IMG/VR virus record: IMGVR_UViG_3300032293_000813
Location: 1-22,999 of that record
DNA length: 22,999 nt
Origin: a virus
Taxonomy: Duplodnaviria > Heunggongvirae > Uroviricota > Caudoviricetes
Direction: 5' to 3' (one strand)
Shown here: positions 17,168-22,999 of the stretch, one piece after another
Numbering within the stretch: the first letter of the stretch is position 1
Layout: each line of letters begins with the position of its first letter
Notes under the pieces: model-generated
Seen by the model: the letters and a program-made list of their open reading frames with translations, nothing else
Told to the model about the DNA's origin: nothing
Database searches by the model: none
Translations under genes and position numbers: made by a program

Positions 17168-18250
17168 TTACTTGATAATACCAGCTAATTTTTTGAATCT
17201 GTTTGCAGCAGAATTATCTTCAGCGATAATTTGTTTTGGTGCAGTAGATTGTGCTGGCTTTGATGCATAACTTTCTGTAAGTTTAGCAGTTACTTTCTTA
17301 GTTGCTCCGTTTCCAAATTTGAAACTTTCAGCAATTGTTGAGAATACTAACTTAACTTCTCTTACATTTTTAGTTCTATCTAATGTTTCAACAACTTTAG
17401 ATTTTTGTTCGTTTGTTAAATTGAATGAACGGAACAATTTGTTCACATACAATAATTTAGCATTCAAAAGGTTTACTTCGTTGATTGTACCTTTTAAAGA
17501 TTTGATTACGCTGATAGCTTCACCTAATTCAGATTGAACTGATTTTAATTCTGCTTTCAATGCATCTAATTCTTCTCCAGATTCTTCACCTTCAGTAGCA
17601 GCAACTGGTGCTTCTTCTTCTGCAGGCTCATCTCCGTATCCCATTTCTCTTAGAATTTCATCTAAGTCAATTTCATCTTCTTCAGCTACTGGCTCTTCTG
17701 CTGGTGCTTCAGTTGGTTCAGCTACAGGAGCTTCCATTTCTTCTTCACCTTCAGTTGCGTATGATTCTTCATCATCAGCTGCTGCTTCTAATTCTTTGAT
17801 AATTTCATCGATTTCAGAGTCAACGTCATCCATTTCCTCTTCTTCGTTTACTGCTGTATCAGGAGTTGCTCCTGTTACATCTTCTTCTTCACCTTCTGTG
17901 ATTCCTGCTACTTTCTCAGCGTTCTCATCTTCTGAACCTACTGCTGCAGTTTGTTTGTCAACATCTGCTGCTGCTAATTCATCTGACTCAGCTGCTGAAC
18001 TGAAAGCTTTAGCTGCTGGCATTTTATTGCCATCACCACCACCGATTTCTGAAGATACATCATTCTCTTGAGTTAATTCTACTTCTTCTTCACTTTCATC
18101 GCCTTCTAATTCCTCTTGTAATTTTTTAGAAAGCATAGATTGTAATTTAGGAGTAAAAGCCTCTTCAAGAGCGATTTTTGCGTTTGCTAATGCCGTTTCT
18201 CTAACCGCTTTAGCATCTGCGATTGCTTCTTTCAAAAGTTTACTATTCAT
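17168..18250 (-). CDS. Prohead core scaffolding protein (gp22 position) (360 aa)
   Basis: Directly upstream of the capsid gene; coiled-coil ends, very acidic low-complexity centre, C-terminal RFKKLAGI. Confidence 0.8.
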   Translation of the reverse strand: MNSKLLKEAIADAKAVRETALANAKIALEEAFTPKLQSMLSKKLQEELEGDESEEEVELTQENDVSSEIGGGDGNKMPAAKAFSSAAESDELAAADVDKQTAAVGSEDENAEKVAGITEGEEEDVTGATPDTAVNEEEEMDDVDSEIDEIIKELEAAADDEESYATEGEEEMEAPVAEPTEAPAEEPVAEEDEIDLDEILREMGYGDEPAEEEAPVAATEGEESGEELDALKAELKSVQSELGEAISVIKSLKGTINEVNLLNAKLLYVNKLFRSFNLTNEQKSKVVETLDRTKNVREVKLVFSTIAESFKFGNGATKKVTAKLTESYASKPAQSTAPKQIIAEDNSAANRFKKLAGIIK

Positions 18251-18268
18251 TTTACTTTTTGGATTGCC

Positions 18269-18346
18269 TTAGGCTAATGAGTGTGTGCCTAAATAAGATT
18301 ATTTGATTATATGTGATTCCATATAGAGATGGAATATTCGAATCAA
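18269..18346 (-). promoter_or_regulatory. Candidate structured 5' leader (two hairpins) of the scaffold-capsid mRNA
   Basis: Inverted repeats ATTCCAT/ATGGAAT (18316-18335) nested in TTGATT/AATCAA (18303-18346), and TTAGGC/GCCTAA (18269-18292), within the longest intergenic gap (127 nt). Confidence 0.5.
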
Positions 18347-18351
18347 TTACA

Positions 18352-18360
18352 TATAAGTAT
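18352..18360 (-). promoter_or_regulatory. Variant of putative late-promoter motif (ATACTTATA)
   Basis: One mismatch; lies just upstream of the hairpin leader, 101 nt from the scaffold ATG. Confidence 0.45.
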
Positions 18361-18377
18361 ATAACAATTATAGAAAA

Positions 18378-18593
18378 CTAAAGAAAATTAAAATTATTTT
18401 TTCTTTTTGCTTTCTCTTTTTGTAATCTTTTCTTTACAGAAGGTTTCAAAAATTCCTTCCTATCACGCAATTCCTGCGTTATTTTTAGCTTAAAAACTTT
18501 GTTTTTGTAATCTTTGAGAGCCTTTTCTACATTACGATGGCTCTCTTCTTTGGATGACCCCTGCTTAACTTTTATTACGATTCGTGCTGGCAT
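18378..18593 (-). CDS. rpsU: Phage-encoded 30S ribosomal protein bS21 (71 aa)
   Basis: Small basic protein with IKVK...NVEKALKDYKNKV...QELRDRKEFLKPSVKKR, matching the bS21 signature (ALKRFK...ELR.R..F/Y.KPS..R). Confidence 0.9.
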   Translation of the reverse strand: MPARIVIKVKQGSSKEESHRNVEKALKDYKNKVFKLKITQELRDRKEFLKPSVKKRLQKEKAKRKNNFNFL

Positions 18594-18594
18594 A

Positions 18595-19200
18595 CTATGC
18601 TAACTCTTCTATAATTTCTCTAATTAAGTGTTGAGTTTTACACCACTCTCCACATACATCTGTTCCGTATGTTTCGTTAATTGGTTGTTTATTAGATACT
18701 GATTCATTTAGGTTTTCCATAAATGCACCTTGAGTTGATGGGTTTGATACAAAATCCCACCCAATCAATTCAAAATCTTCAGCCACCATTACTTTATTAT
18801 CTCCAATGGATTGAACTGAGCCCATACCTCTACTTGAGATACCTAAACGGATTCCCGCTTTTAATAATTCCTTTAATATGTTACCAGATGGAGTTGGTAA
18901 TATCTCTACGACACCTACCACATCATCTCCTTTCCAATAGCATTCTCTTATGTTATGGGATACATTCTTCAAACTAACTACAGATGATTCAGGATGGTCT
19001 AATTCTCCCAACGCTCTCTTCTCTGTAATAAGTTGTTGATATTTCTTAACTTCTCTTTCTAATATTTCTTTAGGATACACTCTACCATTTTGGTTTTGAG
19101 CATCCGCTCTTTGTAATACACCTTTAACCAAAACTACTCCGTTTTCGTCTTCGTTAATCTTTCCCTCAAATAATTTTGTTTCTATTAAAAGTGATTTCAT
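18595..19200 (-). CDS. gp21: Prohead core protein protease, T4 gp21-like (201 aa)
   Basis: NQNGRVYP, ALGELDHP, GISSRGMGS and DFVSNPS motifs (His/Ser/Asp catalytic set). Confidence 0.96.
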   Translation of the reverse strand: MKSLLIETKLFEGKINEDENGVVLVKGVLQRADAQNQNGRVYPKEILEREVKKYQQLITEKRALGELDHPESSVVSLKNVSHNIRECYWKGDDVVGVVEILPTPSGNILKELLKAGIRLGISSRGMGSVQSIGDNKVMVAEDFELIGWDFVSNPSTQGAFMENLNESVSNKQPINETYGTDVCGEWCKTQHLIREIIEELA

Positions 19201-19209
19201 TTTACTTAT

Positions 19210-19974
19210 TTAGTTTAATAATCCAATTGCAATGTCACCAACTATTCTTTCTGCATCGTTTGCATACTTTTTGTTTACAATTGCAACAACGGTGCCGGAT
19301 ACTTTAATCATATACATTGGAATCATAGAAGTTGAAAAATCATATTTGATACCAGCTTTTCTTAATTCATTACCTACATTCATAAAAGATAATGCGTTCT
19401 TAACAGCTGCTTCAATCTTATCTAAATCAGCATCGTATTTTCCTTCTTTTAATTTAGCTTCATTTACCTTTGTAATATTATACATTTTACCCGCACCACT
19501 CTTAACTAAGGTTTCACCTTCTTTACTTAATATCTTAGTTAAAGAAGTTGGTTCTTCTACTTCTCCTTCAGTTTTTGCACCAGCTCTTAATTTAGATAAA
19601 TCAGAACCGTCAACTTTACCATTTTTATTCAAATCTATTTTTTGTTGAGCAGCTGATAATTCCGCTTCTGTTTTAGTACCTGCTCTTAATTTAGATAAAT
19701 CATCTCCATCAACTTTACCATTTTTGTTTAAATCTATCTTTTGTTGCTTTGAAGTTAACTCATCTTCTTTTAATTGAACCAATCTTTCACTTACACCTTT
19801 CCAAGTATCTTCTACTTTATTGAAAAATGATTTCTTCTCTTCATCTGATTTGAATTCATCAGGTGAAGATACACCATGCTTCTTTAGCATTGCTTGAAAG
19901 AATGATTGATAATCTTTTTCTTCTTGTAGAACTTCTCCAACGATGGTTCTTAATTGCTCTCTAGTTATTTTCAT
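19210..19974 (-). CDS. Probable prohead core / internal head protein with two EF-hand-like repeats (254 aa)
   Basis: Position between portal and protease; YQSFFQAMLKKHGVSSP..EKKSFF N-terminal block; two copies of IDLNKNGKVDGxDL. Confidence 0.7.
   Translation of the reverse strand: MKITREQLRTIVGEVLQEEKDYQSFFQAMLKKHGVSSPDEFKSDEEKKSFFNKVEDTWKGVSERLVQLKEDELTSKQQKIDLNKNGKVDGDDLSKLRAGTKTEAELSAAQQKIDLNKNGKVDGSDLSKLRAGAKTEGEVEEPTSLTKILSKEGETLVKSGAGKMYNITKVNEAKLKEGKYDADLDKIEAAVKNALSFMNVGNELRKAGIKYDFSTSMIPMYMIKVSGTVVAIVNKKYANDAERIVGDIAIGLLN
19564..19761 (-). repeat. Two tandem 99-nt (33-aa) direct repeats
   Basis: ELTSKQQKIDLNKNGKVDGDDLSKLRAGTKTEA / ELSAAQQKIDLNKNGKVDGSDLSKLRAGAKTEG; gctcttaatttagataaatca occurs at 19583 and 19682. 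Confidence 0.92.
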
Positions 19975-19987
19975 AGGGATTCCTAAT

Positions 19988-20443
19988 TTATTTTCTTAAG
20001 GTGGTTACATTTTTACCAATGTTAGATAACCTTTCCTTTATTCTATAAATATGGTGATTAGTTCTTTTCCAAAAGTTTTCACCTTTTAGAGAGTTCTCTT
20101 TTTTGATTTTACCATACCATTCTAAGAATTTTTCGATTTCATCCACTTTTCTACGAATTTCTCTAACACCTAATCCAATCTTTTGATTCGGAGTCATTGT
20201 TTGGTCTAATCTTAATTTTTGAAATCTATTTTCGTTAACTGCTGAATATCCAGTTAAACTCGCCATCCTCTTAGTGTATCCGCTTTTGTGCTGACCATTA
20301 CTAGAAAATGCACGAGGAGTATCATATCCTGCTACATCTCCGGTAACAGTTGTCTCCTTTTTTAATTTATCTTCCTCTTCCTTTTCTATTTCAGAAAGGA
20401 TTTCTCTGATACTATTTTTTAGTTGTTCCAACTGTGTTGACAT
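19988..20443 (-). CDS. Hypothetical head-module protein (151 aa)
   Basis: ORF track; co-oriented and packed in the portal-protease interval; start overlaps the upstream gene by 32 nt. Confidence 0.7.
   Translation of the reverse strand: MSTQLEQLKNSIREILSEIEKEEEDKLKKETTVTGDVAGYDTPRAFSSNGQHKSGYTKRMASLTGYSAVNENRFQKLRLDQTMTPNQKIGLGVREIRRKVDEIEKFLEWYGKIKKENSLKGENFWKRTNHHIYRIKERLSNIGKNVTTLRK
20044..20052 (-). promoter_or_regulatory. Possible intragenic copy of the late-promoter motif (ATATTTATAGAA)
   Basis: Exact 9-mer with the same GAA extension as the copies at 4758 and 21335; about 70 nt upstream of the ATG at 19974 but inside a coding region. Confidence 0.3.
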
Positions 20444-21290
20444 TCCTTATTTCTTTTAATAATTCGTATGTAAGCATTAAAACTGAAACTTGCTTATCTT
20501 GATTTTCTTTAAGAAATTTATCTGATTTATATAATTTAATCATCTCAGATATTTTTATCTTAGTCACTTTATCACTAATACTCTTTGATTCCTTTACTAA
20601 ATTATTAAGAACTTTTTTAGTTTCTTCTTCTATGAATTTTGGGAATGCGGAGGTATTGGTAACATTATTTATGAATTCTCTCAATAAACCTTTCTGAGAA
20701 TCATCTAAATTAGAATACTTCTTATTGAAGCTTTCTATTAATAATTTATAAGTTAACAATCTTAAATCTTCCGATTGTTGTTTAAATGATTCATATAATG
20801 TATCAGATACTTTTGTTGAGATTCTTTTGTTTACAATATGCTCTAATATAGTATTATTAGAATCAATAAAATCTCTAATTTCAACCTTTCTACCTAAAGT
20901 TTTGGTTTCAAACACCTTATAAACAGAAGCTAATAATTTATAATTCTGTAGGTTCGATGATAGGAATTTATCTAAATCATACGATTCCTTTATTGTTTTG
21001 ATAAGATTATACTTTTCTTTATTTAGTTTATTCTCATCTAACTTTACTCTTTCCTTAGCCACTTCTTCTAAGAATAGCTTAGCATCATCAATCGAAGAAT
21101 ACTTTTCTTTAACGATTTGATTGTATAATTTCAATTCTTTAGCCAACTCTTTGTTTGAACTAAAAAATTCCTTTATAATCTTTTCAGACACATTTTTTGT
21201 CGAATTTGATAATACCTCTTGCGTAATTTGCTTGACAAGTAGTTCAAACAAAATAGCCGTATTCTTAAACTTTGAGTGTTTAACTTTCAT
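20412..21290 (-). CDS. Hypothetical helical, lysine-rich head-module protein (292 aa)
   Basis: ORF track; directly downstream of the portal and preceded by the intergenic motif; no family recognised. Confidence 0.75.
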   Translation of the reverse strand: MKVKHSKFKNTAILFELLVKQITQEVLSNSTKNVSEKIIKEFFSSNKELAKELKLYNQIVKEKYSSIDDAKLFLEEVAKERVKLDENKLNKEKYNLIKTIKESYDLDKFLSSNLQNYKLLASVYKVFETKTLGRKVEIRDFIDSNNTILEHIVNKRISTKVSDTLYESFKQQSEDLRLLTYKLLIESFNKKYSNLDDSQKGLLREFINNVTNTSAFPKFIEEETKKVLNNLVKESKSISDKVTKIKISEMIKLYKSDKFLKENQDKQVSVLMLTYELLKEIRNVNTVGTTKK

Positions 21291-21334
21291 CAGAATTTAT
21301 TATTTTTCTTTACTATATATGTAAATATTACTTC

Positions 21335-21343
21335 TATAAATAT
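21335..21343 (-). promoter_or_regulatory. Putative late-promoter motif ATATTTATA
   Basis: Exact copy, intergenic, 44 nt upstream of the ATG at 21290; a degenerate second copy (ATATTTACA) at 21320-21328. Confidence 0.55.
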
Positions 21344-21367
21344 TAGGAAACTTTGAATAAGTGATTT

Positions 21368-22999
21368 TTACACATCTGGTAAGATATTATTATCATCTAA
21401 CAGTGAACCCGTATCATCACTTAATCCATTTATATCCTCGTTTATAATCTTTTTACCCGCTTTCCTAGCGTTATTTGATTTAATTTTATTTCTTATTCCA
21501 TCTCTTAATTTCTTATCCTTATCAGCAATACTCTTAAGTTTTTCACCTATTCTCTTATGACGAGTTTCCCTTCCAAAATTACGAGTGATATCTGCTTTAC
21601 CCAATGGGTCTCTTCCAAATGCATTATCATCTGTGCCATTGTTTCCTGTCATTTGAGGTCTACCACCCAATTTACCATTCTCTATACTAGCATCAGCCGC
21701 TTCTTGAGTAGGTTGCTCATCATTTGGCTCTGTCATCATACCCGTTTCAGGTTGTTCTCCTTCAGCTGGTTGCTCACCTTCTGCGGGTTGTTCACCTCCA
21801 GGTTGTTCTTCGTATGGGTCTACTCCTTCTTGCTCAATCTTATTTAATCGGTTTAAATCGAATGTATCATATACCACATTAACAGATTCTTCAGCAATTT
21901 CATCTTCTGATAATTTGAATATGTTGGTATAAATCCAATTATTAGATAATAACTTTAATGCTTTCATATCAGTTGCCAATCTAACTTTCTCAGCCCATAG
22001 ATTGATTTTCTCTTGCTCATAGATTGTAGATGGGTTAGTTAACTCTAATTTGAAATCAACCGCATCCATACCCTCAACTCCCTGAGCAATCAAATGTGCG
22101 ATAGCTACCTGAGTTAATTCAGATACTACCACTCTTTGAATTCTTTCAATAGTTCTAGCGAAACGAATATCTTCAGCTGCTAATGTAGCTTTACCGTTGA
22201 TATCCTCTTCATATCCTAAGAAAGCTTTTGGAACTTTTAATGCCGCAAATAGTTTAGCTTTTAAGTAATCGATATCTTCTATAGCAGTATATTGTAATCC
22301 ACCCAATGTATCAATCGAAGTTCCACTATCCCCACCTCTCACAGGCATAAAGAAATCCTCTGTGATGTTCATCATATTATACTTAAGATTATAATCTCCA
22401 GTCTTTTGGTCTTGAAAAGGAGTTTTCTTAATCTTATTGATAATCTTCTGCATATAGTTATCAACCTCTTGAGGAGGAATGTTACCTATATCAATTTTGA
22501 ATATTCTTTTCTCAGGTGCTCTCATAATACGATGTATCATCATCGCATCTTCCATCAATGTAATTTGCTTCCACAATCTTCTTGCGTTTTCAATCATTGA
22601 TTTACCGTAAGGTAAGTAGTTTGTATCTGAATACAAACGGAAGTGAGCTACCTCAAAGTTATCATATTCATGCTTACCCAATCTATCCGGGTCAATGGTG
22701 AATTTAATACCTTCTTGTCTTCTATTAACTCTCGTTGGGTCGTTTAATCCTTCAGTTCTAGTTACATGATACACCGATTGTGGATGTACGTTAACTACAC
22801 CTTCTCCTTCAGCTATCTCCAATACAATAAAACAATCACCATATTTAGTTAAATTTCTAACCCAAGGCCAAAGATTAAACTCTATGTTCATTGTATCATA
22901 GAATAAACTCTCTAATATTTCCTTAACTTGTTGATTTTCTGTTTTTATAGTAAGAACATCCCCATACTCATTTTTAGTAGTAGATTCATCTGCATAGAT
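21368..22999 (-). CDS. gp20: Portal protein, T4 gp20-like; 5' end outside the window
   Basis: LMEDAMMIHRIMRAPEKRIFKIDIGN, EDFFMPVRGG..GTSIDTL and DIDYL..KLFAALKVPK motifs. The frame stays open upstream of the track start 22891 (IYADESTTKNEYGDVL...) to the window edge. Confidence 0.96.
   Translation of the reverse strand: MYADESTTKNEYGDVLTIKTENQQVKEILESLFYDTMNIEFNLWPWVRNLTKYGDCFIVLEIAEGEGVVNVHPQSVYHVTRTEGLNDPTRVNRRQEGIKFTIDPDRLGKHEYDNFEVAHFRLYSDTNYLPYGKSMIENARRLWKQITLMEDAMMIHRIMRAPEKRIFKIDIGNIPPQEVDNYMQKIINKIKKTPFQDQKTGDYNLKYNMMNITEDFFMPVRGGDSGTSIDTLGGLQYTAIEDIDYLKAKLFAALKVPKAFLGYEEDINGKATLAAEDIRFARTIERIQRVVVSELTQVAIAHLIAQGVEGMDAVDFKLELTNPSTIYEQEKINLWAEKVRLATDMKALKLLSNNWIYTNIFKLSEDEIAEESVNVVYDTFDLNRLNKIEQEGVDPYEEQPGGEQPAEGEQPAEGEQPETGMMTEPNDEQPTQEAADASIENGKLGGRPQMTGNNGTDDNAFGRDPLGKADITRNFGRETRHKRIGEKLKSIADKDKKLRDGIRNKIKSNNARKAGKKIINEDINGLSDDTGSLLDDNNILPDV

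Noticed and set aside
18378-19200. Stop-codon recoding or a protease-bS21 read-through fusion
   Set aside because: Genes are full length under the standard code, with TAA, TAG and TGA all used as stops; bS21 is out of frame with the protease by 1 nt.
1638-22600. All plus-strand ORFs in the track (e.g. 3268..3594, 8503..8928, 10891..11361, 13387..13830, 19232..19648)
   Set aside because: They lie antisense to well-supported minus-strand genes, have no recognisable motifs and are the expected shadow frames of codon-biased, repetitive genes.
22889-22891. Portal start at 22891 as given by the track
   Set aside because: The frame is open to the window edge and encodes conserved portal sequence (IYADES), so the true start is outside the window.
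15471-22999. Introns, inteins or homing endonucleases in portal, protease or capsid genes
   Set aside because: Frames are continuous, lengths are ordinary and no intein or endonuclease motifs were seen.

Overview
AT-rich, tightly packed head/neck/fibre morphogenesis region of a large T4-related (gp20/gp21/gp23-type) tailed phage. All credible genes are on the minus strand. Transcription order is portal (5' end outside the window), two unknown genes, an EF-hand-repeat prohead-core protein, prohead protease, ribosomal protein bS21, scaffold, major capsid protein, a terminator, a SAM methyltransferase, a Dps/ferritin-like protein, a small beta-sandwich adaptor, a 1880-aa fibre, two short paralogous fibre proteins, gp13/gp14/gp15-like neck and tail-completion proteins, an 889-aa fibre, a 110-aa protein and a large repeat-rich structural gene that runs off the left edge and is missing from the ORF track. 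bS21 inside the head module and the near absence of Shine-Dalgarno sites suggest a Bacteroidota host (inference). The most notable unexplained signals are: (1) a recurring intergenic motif ATATTTATA, the reverse complement of the T4 late promoter; (2) a two-hairpin leader between rpsU and the scaffold gene; (3) a [S/T]-[G/A/S]-S tripeptide that is dense in predicted surface proteins and absent from predicted internal head proteins, a possible virion-modification sequon, with a methyltransferase gene next to the capsid gene; (4) a Dps-like protein with exact ferroxidase-ligand spacing. All calls are from motif recognition by eye; no searches were run.
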